A DNA stretch of 64,000 nt from Chlorokybus atmophyticus. Taxonomy: Eukaryota; Plantae; Mesostigma and Chlorokybus algae. The notes beneath the pieces were generated by a model. It was not told where the DNA came from. It made no database searches and saw only the letters and a list, made by a program, of their open reading frames with translations. This document shows, piece after piece, positions 49,901 through 62,111 of the stretch. Positions within the stretch are counted from its first letter, which is position 1, and the number at the start of each line of letters is the position of its first letter. The position numbers and the translations under genes were made by a program. The stretch spans positions 506,203 through 570,202 of the forward strand of contig RHPI01000260.1 in assembly GCA_009103225.1 (NCBI GenBank), in the 5' to 3' direction.

Positions 49901-52900
49901 TGCGGCACGCAACCTGGCGTTGACGTCCGATCGAGAGCGGTTGCATTCGCGCCGCGCATGTGACCCTTATGCACGTGTCAGCTGCGGCACCACTGCAAAA
50001 CACGTGTTCAGAACCAAGGTGGTGCACGGTAATACATGCCCAGAGTGGAACTCACCGTTCACCTTTGAAAGCGTCTCCCTTGCGTCCGAGCTTACGGTCC
50101 AGGTCAGTGCATGCATTGCGTGCTGTGCATTACACGTCTCATGAGCTAACCGCTTTCTCAATTGGTTCATCGCACTATCCCTGAGAATGCAAGCTGTCTG
50201 TCGCAGGTTTTTGATCGCAAGACCATTGGAGCAGATGTGTTCTTGGGTGAGGTGCGCATGCCGCTTCTCCAGTATCAAGACCGCAGGCCGCGGTACATGT
50301 GGTTGCCCTTGCAAAAGCGCACACCAAAGGACACGGTGAATGGAGAGATCCGGCTGCGCGTGCAGTGGAAGAATGACGATACCATAGCCAGTGAATCGAT
50401 GCAGGAACTCTCCGTCGAAGTCTCCCTGCAGGGCATTGGCGTAAGCATTGTGGATGCTACACCGCGGGACCTCATGCATGTGCTGTTTGAGCACATCAGC
50501 GTCGACTACCGGCGCATGGCCAGGGAGGAGAAGGTGTCTTTTACAGTCAGCACTATTCAGATTGATAACCAGCTGTTTACTGCCCAAAGCCCTGTCGTGC
50601 TGGCGCGCACGATGCTCCTTGACAGTGATGCACATGAGCAGACCAACAAGCCCATGCTGGAGTTGTCGGCCGTACGCCTCATGCACAATCCTGGAATTAT
50701 TCACTTTCGATACCTTAGCATTCTATGGCAGGAGGCTGATGTGCACATTGAAGAGGACTTCTTGGATAAGGTGCTTGCTTTCTTCAAACACTTTCCAACA
50801 GATGATCTGTGGCAGCAGCAGCAGCAACAGCACGAACGCAACAACGCAAACTCGCCATCCGCTGTGCTGGAAAGATTTTACAGCTCACGGCGGTCTGAAA
50901 ACGCTCTCGCTGCGCCTGCAAAGACATGGCAGGCCGGTGGCGTGAAGTGGTACTTCGAGATGCTCATGCTGCACCCCATCAAGCTGAACGTCACCATGAC
51001 TTTGAGTGGCGCGGGAGAGCGTAAAGAGGGTTCCGTGCTGTATCGGTACACAACCGCTGCAGGCTTCCCGCTGATTGACATCAACCACGTGCCCTTGCGC
51101 TTGAACAACATGGTGCTGAAGAATGCTTTTCTCAACCGGGACGCGCTGTTTAACCGCATACTGCGCTTCTACGCGCTTCAGGCCTTGCAGGAGGCTCACA
51201 AGTTGTTGGGAACAGTTGAGTTTCTTGGGACACCGGTTTCACTTATCTCATCGCTTGGGACAGGTGTCGCGGATTTCTTCTACGAACCTGCTAAAGGCAT
51301 TGTCCACAGTCCTGAGGAGTTTGCACGTGGCGTTGCAACGGGCACGGTCAGCCTGCTGAAGAACTCGGTGTTTGGCGTGATGACCACGGTCAGCCAAATG
51401 ACCGGCGGCATAAGCAAGGGCCTTGCGGTGCTGTCCATGGATGACGAGTATGTGAACCGATTTACCCACCGCCCCATCAGCAACCAAGACACGCTGCTAC
51501 GCGGTGCACAAGATCTCGGCATGGGTTTCATTGAAGGCATCACCGGGTTGGTCACCAATCCAATTGCAGGTGCGGAGAGGCAAGGTGTCGTCGGCTGCCT
51601 CAAGGGTGCGGCTACAGGTGTGGCTGGAGTATTCCTCAAACCGGCATCAGGAGCATTGGAGTTCATCTCCAAAACAGCGAAGGGCATTGGTGGCGGCATC
51701 CGTGACCTTGGCGAAGACGTCGTCCGTGTGCCCAAGACCCGTGTGCGCTCCCCACGCAGCTTTGGCAACGAGATGTCCATGCAGGTAGGTCAGTCTCACA
51801 TTGCTTGTACTCCTGGAGGGTGTTTGCCTTGGTGCTAACTGCATGCTTGCAGGCGACAATGCAGCGGGACTTGCAGAGATGGCAAGTTGTGCTAGGGGTA
51901 CTCAGGGAGGGCAAGTACAAAGATGAATCCGTGGTGGATTTTGTCAACAATCGTACTCGGAGAACAGTGTTATTCACCAATGTGCGCATCATCTACTTGC
52001 GCCCCGATAGATCCGTGCCCATTTGGACTGTACGAGCACTGAACGTGCAGTCCGTGACGGGGAGCGAGCGCACCCTTGACGTGGTGATACTCTACAGCTA
52101 CCACTTACCAGCGCTGCTTTGCGGCAGCAATACCCGACCGGTTGCTCTACCCTTCCGCCGCCATATCAAGTGTTCATCCAAGGACATCCACCACGCGTTG
52201 TTGGTCAAGCTGCATGTGCATGTGGCTGCAGCACAGGGAGGACAGGGAGTAGCATCCAGGGTGATGAGCGAAAGCACGCGCATGGTGGGGCAGGAAGAGA
52301 CACTGACGTTGGACCAGCTGTCCATACTCGCGCCTCACAGCACGATGCACTCTCGAGCGCCATCTATCACAGCACTTCCCTCACAGGGCCGCCTCACGCC
52401 CGTTCAGTCATTCAAGCGTGCAGTGGAGTCTGCAAAGGCCACATCACGGTTTTCACACCACCGCCGCTCGCACTCTCTTGGGTATGAACCTGGTACGGAA
52501 AAGACAGCCTCCACCAGCAGCAAAGCAACCGCATCAACTCCTGATCAGGGCACGAGGCCTGTGACTTTGCCGAGAGGAGAACCACATGTTGCTCCCGTGC
52601 ATCCACCCACCAATGTGTCACCGATCAGCTCTGTACGGCGCTTGGAGATGGACACACATACTCATGCAGGCAAACCGCAGGCAGCTCGCGTGCTGCCATT
52701 CTTGAAGACTGTGCAGTTGCTATGTGATGAGGCCGAGCGTGACCGCAGCACAGCGCACACCTGCGCTGAGTCGATTCGCGCCATATGTCACACTGCCTTG
52801 AACGATGCTGCGGCAGCAGATGGCTCTCCAATTACGGCAGTTTTCAAGTCCATCGATGCGCTGGCGGTTGGAGCTCCGGCAGTTCACGGCGCCGAAGGTC

Positions 52901-52980
52901 GATCAGGGTTTCTCGCCATTGCCACCCTGGCAAAGACGCTGGAGAACAAGCTCCACCAAGGTGAATCCCACAAATATTGA
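37997..52980 (+). CDS. VPS13: VPS13-family bridge-like lipid transfer protein with an N-terminal hydrophobic helix and two internal C2 domains
   Basis: Chorein_N-like exons (..ITFKPWQGVFAIRDITIKARALDALDLPFLTESGSFREIHCQLQW), RPQV..DLWWKHAGQCVL, EPLLEPWP, VAB/SHR-BD repeats (LTIHSPLKLFNGT, FHPPLVVENALP, IYCPYWLMNETGLEL, TKIITITARFILRN, PLYRIENR, GPTRVLCFSD), two C2 domains, C-terminal LQGIGVSIVD..IQIDNQL..PIKLNVT..FFYEPAKG..SNPIAGA..GCLKG..KPASG..RVRSPRSF, and a PH-like domain. The exact 3' end is uncertain (possible donor near 52961). Confidence 0.9.
40467..40542. repeat. 36-bp tandem duplication in a VPS13 intron
   Basis: 'actagctcttagtggtcatgtgcttaccactgtgt' at 40472 and 40508. Confidence 0.85.
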
Positions 52981-53799
52981 GGCTTGCCAGGGCTGAAGCT
53001 AACACTCGCGTATGCAACGAGCTGTTTCTGTATACACTTTACTCAGCGTTGTTGTCAGGTAGCACTCGGGGCTGAGAGGAATGTCTGGGTGAAGCTCCAA
53101 ATCATGTAAAGCAGGCCAAGGGCAACCATCTACGAAACTGTTGACAGTATAGAGACTTTGCAAACCCAGTTCGCTTGCGGTAATCCAACCGCAGCAACTG
53201 TACACGCTGTGATGGTTTACTGTTTACACATTATTGTCTATCTCCTGCATAGTCATCTGCCATGACCACGCGGTCTACTCGTTTGCAGGCTAAAGAGTTT
53301 GGTCACCTAGAACCGTGTGCCATGCAGCGTGGTACATGGTCATTGGTGGACAACACGACTGCAACATTTCACGTGAACCACCGCACGAAGCAGCTGGATC
53401 ACAGGATGACTGGTTGGGCCATCAGCAGCGTGCATGCGGTCTGTTGCAGACCTCCCCCATTGCAAAAGTTTCAGCCGTCGTTGTTGCTTTGCTCTTGCTA
53501 GCCATAGGTTAAATATGACTGAGTTACAGGCAGCTAGTTGCATGCGCCCCACCATGTGGCTTTGTTTATGGCGTGCTCATTTTTGGTTGTATACTGACAG
53601 TTGCGGCCTGCTGGCAGGATTATGCAAGTGGCATAGATGCAAACTTGGCGTCCACACAAAGCCAAGCTACTAAGCGATGGCGACGTTATGCCACTTGGTC
53701 AGGAGTCGCTGGGTGCACATGCAGGTATACAACTACGTCAAGCATTACAGAAGGGCATAGGTGGTATGTACTTGCGCGTACGACGCATGGTGGATGCAG

Positions 53800-55130
53800 G
53801 GGGCTGTACAACTATATCTTATAGTAGTTGACAAATGCGTGTAACAGGCGTGCATTGCCGGCTCCATGGAACCTATGATGAGGCAGGCACTGGCAAAGTC
53901 GCCCTGAGACATCGACGAAGACACAGTGCAAGTGTGGCGGCTGGACTAGACATGCTCGACATGCAATTGCAACCACACAGACTGCACGCACACTTTCACA
54001 CTATGCGTCACTCAAGAACACACACTCCCACATACAAATCCCCTTTCTTCTTGTATACGCATTCACATACGCGGTCACCGTGAGCCACGCCTCCCTGCCC
54101 CCACACATCCACATCGCCACACTCGCCGTTCCCAGCGCTGCGCGCCTCGGTAATGGGGATCCGGTGGTACCGCCGCCAGCCCAGCACGGCCGCCACGGCC
54201 GCAGCACCGCACTCCATCACTGCTAACACCTGCGCCCGCTGCAATGCACAGGCCATGTGCTGCTGCTCCGCCCTACCCATCGCAACCATGCGCCTCGCAC
54301 ATAGTTGTGCATGGTTGTGTGAACTAACGGGGTAGGGGTTAGTGCGTTAGGTAGCAGTTAGGATCAGCCCGGTGGTATGAAGTATTGGCATGCCATTGCA
54401 TGTGCCTTGTGCTGAGTGTGGTGTATGACATTGCATGTGCGTGACACCTTAGCATGCTGCTAATATAGCATAGTACCTCTTATACACACTATGCATGTGC
54501 CATACTGTTGCGCATTGTTGGTACATAGTCGCAACACGCGGCTGAAGCCTCCCCCTTGAAGGTCCACCTAATACAATGCGCAGATCCCTTGCTGTTGATC
54601 TTGTCCGTTCTGTACAGTGTCATCAATCCTACCACACATGCTCCCAATGTTATGACGACCAGGCGAAGTGCTGCAATACTGTTAAGGCGGTGTGTGCATG
54701 ATTTGTTAATGAGCGCTGTGACCAAAGTGCATATCTGTACTTGACAGTGTGTCAGCAAAAGGCAAACTTTAGTATGCACACATAGCATCTTCAATTTTAT
54801 GTACACAAGTGTTGTTCATTGTTGACGGCAGTAGAGAGTGCATTGAGCAGCACAATCAGCAGTGCACGATGACGAAACACCAAGCCAAGTGCCGGCACAT
54901 TCCAGTGAACACGCAGACATGCTGTGACATTGTGCATGTAAACATGCCATGTACAGGAAATGTGATATGTGACTGTGTAGGCATGTCTGATCTACCACCA
55001 TTACACAAACAACAGTCCCGCTGACACTGACCATCGCACTATCTCAGATTGCCATTGACATTGCAATTGCGTCCAACACTGCCAAAACTCCTGCGGGAAT
55101 GCTGACAGCAGCGACATGACCAATGTACTC
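53800..55130 (-). CDS. Possible small membrane protein (hypothetical, exon structure unresolved)
   Basis: Exon-like hydrophobic segments flanked by splice-like sites: LNSIAALRLVVITLGACVVGLMTLY..HCIRWTFKGEASAACCDY and VLAVMECGAAAVAAVLGWRRY. Start and stop could not be fixed. Confidence 0.3.
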
Positions 55131-55280
55131 CAACATTGCAGCCAGTCTATACTGAGTCCTGCAGCATAGCCTCTTATCAAATAGTAAAGTGTAGTGCTGA
55201 GTCTCCAGTCCAGCCTGCAACAAACAATCGCATCAATTCCCGACTAACAAGACATTGATATGCAACCTGTACTCACCTCA

Positions 55281-56430
55281 TTAAGAGGCGGTCTTCCGGC
55301 CTGCAAAGGATATATCGGTAACCTTCTTTGGCTGCTGCGCGGCGTGCGGGTGCTCGGAGCCTTTGTAGACCTTAAGGTGCCGGAACAGATCCCGTCCAAG
55401 CTGCACAAATTAAAGACAAAGCATCAGCACCATCACTACCCTGTCTTCGCGAATGTCTGAAGTGAACAAGTCGCTACAACTTACCGCGCCCTTGGGCAGC
55501 ATACCCTTGACAGCCTTCTCAATAATGCGCTCGGGGATGCGCGCCTGCAGCTGCAGAAAGTTCTCCACCTTCATGCCGCCAGGCCTGCCTGAATGCCTAT
55601 GGTACAGCTTTTGCATCGGCTTGCTTCCAGTCACCTGCAAACAAAAAGAAACTCAACTGATGATCGCTACGAGCAACATCCTGCAGTGATATTGACCTAC
55701 TCATGACCAAGCTTCCATGAATGGCATTATGAATGTTGCCTGCCTATATTGGCGATAACAACGTTGCTTAGGCTCTAAGGACTTTACTCTCTTGTATTCT
55801 CACCATGACTTTCTCAGCGTTGGTGACGACCACGTAGCAGCCCATGTCAATGCTGGGCGTATACGCCGGGCTGTCCTTTCCTCGAAGGGCCATCGCAATG
55901 CGCGTTGCCAACCGACCCAACACCTGCAATTGCGATTCCAACCACAACGTATTACCACTCGAACACAATTGGCATCAAGACATAATTTGTCTGACACAAG
56001 TAAAGAAAACTGGTATCACTACTCAACTAAGTGCTGAGCGTGCTCACGTGTTAATCTTCACCAAATTGCACCTACTCGTTCATTCAAGAGGAACGTGCAA
56101 GAATTGCATGTAAGGCGAGCATACCTGGCCTTCAGCGTCAAACTCAAGCCACTCCTTCTTGAGGTTTTCATGGTCGGCGCCCTTGGGGTAGTAGGTCTTG
56201 TTCCAGACGTCGGGGTGGGCCTGCCAGATGCCGGCGACGCCGTCCTCGGACCTGGCCGAGATCGGCGCCTCCGTCGTGGCTGCTGCGCGGGTTGTCAACC
56301 TTACGGACGACGACGGCGCCGCCGACACCCTCATGGGCTGGGCGGCGGGAGAAGCCCCAGCAACCCTAAACCGCCTGACTGACCCCTGCACCGGCGCCAC
56401 GGCGCCGGACGCCGCCGCAAGCGCCGCCAT
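55281..56430 (-). CDS. rpl13: Plastid 50S ribosomal protein L13 with transit peptide
   Basis: [42 protein letters not shown]|[40 protein letters not shown]|[37 protein letters not shown]|[24 protein letters not shown]. Confidence 0.95.
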
Positions 56431-57756
56431 TGTAACAGGCTCTCTCCGCTTTGGAAAGCGACCTCCTCGCAGGCTTCAACCACACCTCCGCACCGCCCCC
56501 GCCGCCGACACGCACAGCCACAACGCCGCCTCAGTGCCAATGCAAGACATGAGTCCAATCGGACGGCTGCGAATGAGCAGAGGCCGCTACGTGGCACGCT
56601 TTGCGCCCACCGTTTTGGCTCAGGTCAGAACACATCAACAGAGCAGGCTGTGCGGAATTGGCATGAAAGTTCGCATTGGTGGCAGCGGCGGCGGCGGGGA
56701 TCGAGGAGGAGGTGGAGGAGGGCGTGGGGCGTGGGTGGGGGTGGAAGTGCCTGTCCAAGAGCAGTGCCCATGCAGCGAGGGTGAAAGGATTTGGGTGTGT
56801 GTAGCTAGTCAGGGTTGTGGCTGCTATCGGCGACGGCGTGTGAAGCAGTGATACGATGGGGTGACTGGTGTCAGTCAATTGTAGTACAGTCCTCCTTATC
56901 CAAAAGAACAGTCTGTACATAACTGGTTAGAAGGCGTATTGCTCCCTTTGCCTTTTGCACAAGTTGTTTCTTCTGCTATTGCTCTGTGGTTGCTCAGCTC
57001 TCGCACGCTTTGCGTTTGCTGGCTTTGCATTTCGTAAGCTGTTGGCAATGCATGTCTCCGACAAGCCCTCGTCTGAGCTGCGCTCAAACCACAGGATCCC
57101 ATGTAAGATGACAGTCTTTCAGAACCAAACGTGTGCTCAAATATACTGGTTTCCCGCATGTCTGTTCTTTTAACCATGAGTGGTCTCAGTCAGCAAGCTA
57201 CTGATGGATACAGGGTTGATGCTTGACTGCAAAACGGTAACGGCCTACACGCGTACTGTGACATGGTGATGACAGGGTTGACTGATGGCCATCAGGTTGA
57301 GGGTTCGGATGTGAGGTTGTGTGCGAAAAACGGACACGACTCCACTGGGAATCACAGTTTTGAAAGCTCAGCACACCACTCAGTGTCGTGATTGGTAAGA
57401 GACAGAGCAAGTCAAGCCCAAGCAGAAGGTTGATGCATAGCGGAGTGCATAGATGATACAGTTGTGTGACTGTATATACTAGTGTGGAAATTGTATGCAC
57501 TGTCAAGGCGCATAGCGTGGCAGATTGGCAAACTAGTCTGCCTCGCCATGCCGAGATGTGTGTGCCTATCACATTCAAGGCGACCAGAAAGCACGGTATT
57601 GTTCATGTGTATCTCGTTCGATTTGGTGATGTTGCTGTTGTCGTTTGCAGTTGCTGCTGATGTGCTCTAACAGTTCACGCTCGGTGTTGCATGCACAATC
57701 TCGCAAGCTTCAACAAACTGTTGCACAGCAAAAGTGCATTATGAATACCAGGCAAG

Positions 57757-60700
57757 TCAACCATCCACAGTTACATTGAACGAGCGTTTCAACAATCCGT
57801 CTCCAGCAAACTCGTATGCTCCCGGCCCAGGCGCTTCCGGCCCCTTGGCGCGGAACCGCGGGGATGTGGACATGAAGGTGCCCTTGTTGCCCCTGCACAA
57901 GATGATGGACACACAGTGTTGAGTGATGAGTTGATCTGATATGAACACATGGATGCCGCAACAGGTTGAGTTAGTATGTACCTTTGCTTGCCGTTTACAT
58001 GCTGCATCAGCAGAGATGTGGCCAGCTGCACCCGCGTGCCGTACTGCCCCGGACCGGGGATGTCGCTTCGCCTGCACGAGCATGTTGTTTGTTTCATCAA
58101 CAACACCAACAACAGCGACAGCAACAGCAACAGCAACAACAGTAGCAGCATGTGAGGCTCATGTGCTCACCCGTCCTTTTGCGGGAACCTTGCGGAGGTG
58201 GTCAGGAACACCCCGTTGCGCTTCTTTTGGCTTTGCCAAGGGTCCGGGATGTTGTACGACCCCGGCGCGGGTGAGATTGGCCTTACATCCACCTCCTCAG
58301 TCTTTTTAATACAACACAACATCAGTTAGAATACCGCACACACGCACGCGCAAGCGAGTATCCACTTACTTTGTCCGTGGCGACCGCCGCGGGTGCGCTC
58401 ATAGTGAACCGATACAGCCTCCTCCTCCTGGCCCCAACACCTCCACCTTTGCCTCCTCCTCCCTTATGATGTCCCTCACCTCCCTCATCATAACTCCCCG
58501 GCCCGGGCACAGCCTCCGGCATCCTACACACACACACACATTAGAACTGACGGCCAACCGATTATACTCATCGATCCCATCTCCATGCCTTGTTTCGAAG
58601 CGGTCTGCTGTTGAGAGGAAAGTGCCATTGCGTGCAAGTCCCGTGCGTTTGGAGCGCTCGGCCACGAGGGGACCCGTGCTGGATTGTTGGTTGTCGAAGT
58701 AGTAAGCGCCCGGGCCGGGCTGTGGAGACTCATGCGTCATGAAACGGGAGGTCGTGGACATGAAGCCTGCATGTGGAGAAGATGAGAGCGGGCAAGTGTG
58801 GATGTAGTTCATAACACATTGACATCACATGCGCGCGCATGCTCGCACACGAGCACATACACATATACGCACATGCACACGCACCTGGGTTGTCTAGGTT
58901 GATCCATCGAGTTAACGCCTTCACATCCGCCTCATACGCCCCAGGACCTGCGTGCCAGCATAACCCCTGTCAATAACCCAGACTACATAATACAAACACT
59001 ACTCCTACACACATCATCCTCTCACCCGGTGTTGCCGCCGCCTCCTTTGCATCAAACGCCTCTCTCCTTCCGGTACTCCCAAAGAACTGATACGCTTCCT
59101 TACTCACGCCACTATGTTGTGTCACCGAGGGCGTGTACGAGCCGGGTCCCGGCGTGGCCTTGTCCTCGTTCGTCTCAATCTGATGGACCTTCTTGACCCC
59201 GCTCGCGAACACCGAGGAGGCCTTTCTTGTTGGCATGTGCTTGTGGTGGGGGTTGTTGGGGTGGGGGGGAAGAGGAGGAGAGGAGGAGGAGGAGGAGGTG
59301 GGGTTGGGGTCGGCGTTGTAGGAGCCGGGGCCGGGGGCGTCGGAACCTTTCAGGAAGGAAGTACGAACGCCGGGACCTCTGTTGGGAGGTGGGTGTGAGG
59401 GTGAGTGCATGCGTATGTGTGGCAGCAAGTGTAAGTGTACATGTACGCAGGCGAGTACGCGCGATGCATAGTCTTGTATGCACACCCGTGTACACGCTTG
59501 CAAACACATATGTGCAGGTAGGCACGCAGGTGCACTTCAGTGCATGCATATGTGGCTGCACAACACCACACATATGGAACGCACGTGCACGTGCACTCTA
59601 GACCTACATACGCATGCGCACATACACACACAGTTGCACACAATTGTGCACGGTGAGGCACGCTCACGTACCTGGCGAAGTTGGTCGCGCGTGTGCTGGC
59701 GGTGTCCGTCACAATCTTGGGGTCGTACTCACCGGGTCCCGCGCTGTCGTGACCCGTGCCGGCGTGTCCACGCGCAGGAGGCTTCTGCTGCACTAACCGG
59801 CCTGATGATATGGCCACATAATAAAATAACACTCAGTAACAGCATGGAGGATGATGTTGATGTGGTAAATGTGTGGCATGTGGGTGCTCACCTGTTCCTG
59901 TGGGGTCGTCGTAGCCGTAGGATTGGTGCTTTGCCGGGACGGATGGCGGAGATTGCACGCGCTACAGGTCAAAATGTGTCAAAGCTAGTGAGTACGTGGT
60001 TGCACATTTCACCCAACCATACGGTATGTTCTGGAACTCCTTCTCATACACTCACTTGGAAAAACACGCCTCTTGCGGGTGCGGTCTTGTTGCTGTTGGC
60101 CCCCTGCCTCTTCGCTGCAATCTTGACCCAGTCTTGCGGTGACGACGTGTCGTACGCTCCGGGGCCCGGCGCAAGCCCTAAGAGATATACACGTATCAGC
60201 ATTGACATGTGGGACACATGTACACTATACCCCAACATGTGTGTTCTTACCGGGTGATGCGCGGAATCTGTCCACTTTGGTGGCGAAGCCGCTGACGGCG
60301 CCGCCGCCTGCGCCGCCGTGCGCGGGACTCGTGAGGGGGTGGGAGGCGTGGGGGCCGGACCCGCCCTCGCTGTTGTAGAAACCGGGGCCGGGAGTGTACT
60401 TGGAGGAGCTGCGGGAGTGATGAACATGTGTGAGTGGGTCGGTGGGTGGGTGCGTGCGTGTGCGTGGGTGCGCGCGTGCGCGTTGTGTCAAACGTTATTT
60501 GTGCGAAGAGGTTGGATGCGCTCAAGTTGTGTACCTGATGGCGTCGTTGAGGGAGCGCTCACTGGTGGACGAGAAGGGCGCATACGCATGGTCGCGGGAG
60601 TATTGCGCAATACCCACGTAGCTGAGGATGGTAACAACCCAGTCAATAACAAACAACAGACTGCATCGCGATGGTGCAGTTCAGCTCAGAATCAACAGGG

Positions 60701-60837
60701 TACAACCACGAACATGCCATCACTGTCATCAGACTACACACTCGCTCAACATACCTTCCAGGCCCGACAGTCTCCCGCGTGCTGCCGGCCGTCATGCCCT
60801 CCAGGCCTTTCTTGGGCGACCTTGTGATGAACGCCAT
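57757..60837 (-). CDS. STPG2: Sperm-tail PG-rich (SHIPPO/STPG) repeat protein, STPG2-like, axoneme-associated
   Basis: About ten PGPG[AQS]Y repeats spread over many exons. N-terminus MAFITRSPKK..ETVGPGRY and an internal PSVPAKHQSYGYDD resemble the STPG2 VGPGSY and PSIPS..SYGY motifs as I recall them. Ends LLKRSFNVTVDG*. Confidence 0.8.
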
Positions 60838-61443
60838 GATGATGTTGAATCCAACCACGCTACAGATGTGAGCGTGACTAGGCTACAGTAGGCGTGATGG
60901 GCCACAACTTGTGGCCCTGGAGAGTGATTCTGAATACAATGCCTATATATCAATAAACTATGGCTGCTACCAAGTCACAGAACAGGACCCGCTTGCCAAC
61001 TATCCAAGTTGTAGTGCTTTATCCGTCTTACACATCCCAACGCGTGCAACCTTCGAGGGGTCTCTCAGTGATGAACAGGCTTTGTCTCTTTCGCTTCAAG
61101 TGGTCTGGAGGCTCCACATCTCGCCAGCATCAGGTCTGCCACAGCTGTCACTTGCCTTATCACCCTTTTTTCCTCGTCCCCCTGACCTCCGCCGCCGCCT
61201 CCGCCTCCGCCGCCAGGCGCAGGGCCCTTGACTCCCCCCCCCCATCGCTCGACACGTGTCCCCCAAGATCGCGCGCACGTGACGTCGCACTTGATATAGG
61301 ACCTAGACCTCGTGCCTTACCGATATCGAGTATTTTCTTTTTCGGCGCCGCGAGTGCCATGTAAACAGGGGCAGGGCACCCTGACCCGCGAGTAACTTGG
61401 AAGGAATGGGGGCTGAGTGGCAGGTGCAGTGCACCTCCTCCTT

Positions 61444-61475
<32 letters not shown>

Positions 61476-61633
61476 GATCGGAGGAGGTTTGGGGGAAGGG
61501 GGAGGGAAGGGAGACCTTTTACTGCCTTGGCCGAGCTTGTGGCAGGAGATAGGGTTGCTGCTGCTCTGCGCTGCTCCGCCCTCGTCTCAGCCCCGGCTCT
61601 GGTTAGAGCAGCCTGCAGGTAAGGGCTCTCTCT

Positions 61634-61666
<33 letters not shown>

Positions 61667-62111
61667 CTGAGCGTGTGCATGCGTATGTTTTCGTCGGATC
61701 CACACATATGCTCACGCACGCACTGATTTGTTGTTGCTGCTGTAGTTGTTTACATGAAAAGCCACAGGAAGCGACAGGACAGAATTGTTGCATGCGTTGT
61801 CGGGATGACTGTTGGCCATGCGGCAGGCAGGAGGTCGCTACTTAGTTGCCTCGCTGTTACTGCCAAAATCATACTCACTTATCGCAGTTGCTGCCGCTGC
61901 AAGCGTGGGTTTCCAACGAGTGAAACCCTGCTGTGCGGCTTCGACAGGTGCTGAAACCCTTTTGATGGAAGGTGTCATAACCATGCTGCGCATATGGCGG
62001 GATGCGGAATCCAACGCATCGCAAGCATGACTGTTTACAACTACTGTTGTGCAGCATCGGAGCTGAGTCAATGGTTGCTGAGATCAGTACTGTGTTGTGA
62101 CAATGTTACAG

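Noticed and set aside
40567-51838. Non-standard genetic code (TAA/TAG = Gln, as in some ulvophytes)
   Set aside because: Conserved exons of 400-560 codons contain no in-frame TAR, Gln uses CAA/CAG, and TAA acts as a stop in rpl13 and the hAT transposase.
56355-56372. Telomere-like AACCCTAAAC in rpl13
   Set aside because: It lies within the transit-peptide codons for RFRV; coincidental.
61160-61705. 181-aa minus-strand ORF between STPG2-like and Crinkler-like genes
   Set aside because: GC-rich, low-complexity divergent promoter/5' UTR region with a (GA)n tract; no family motifs.
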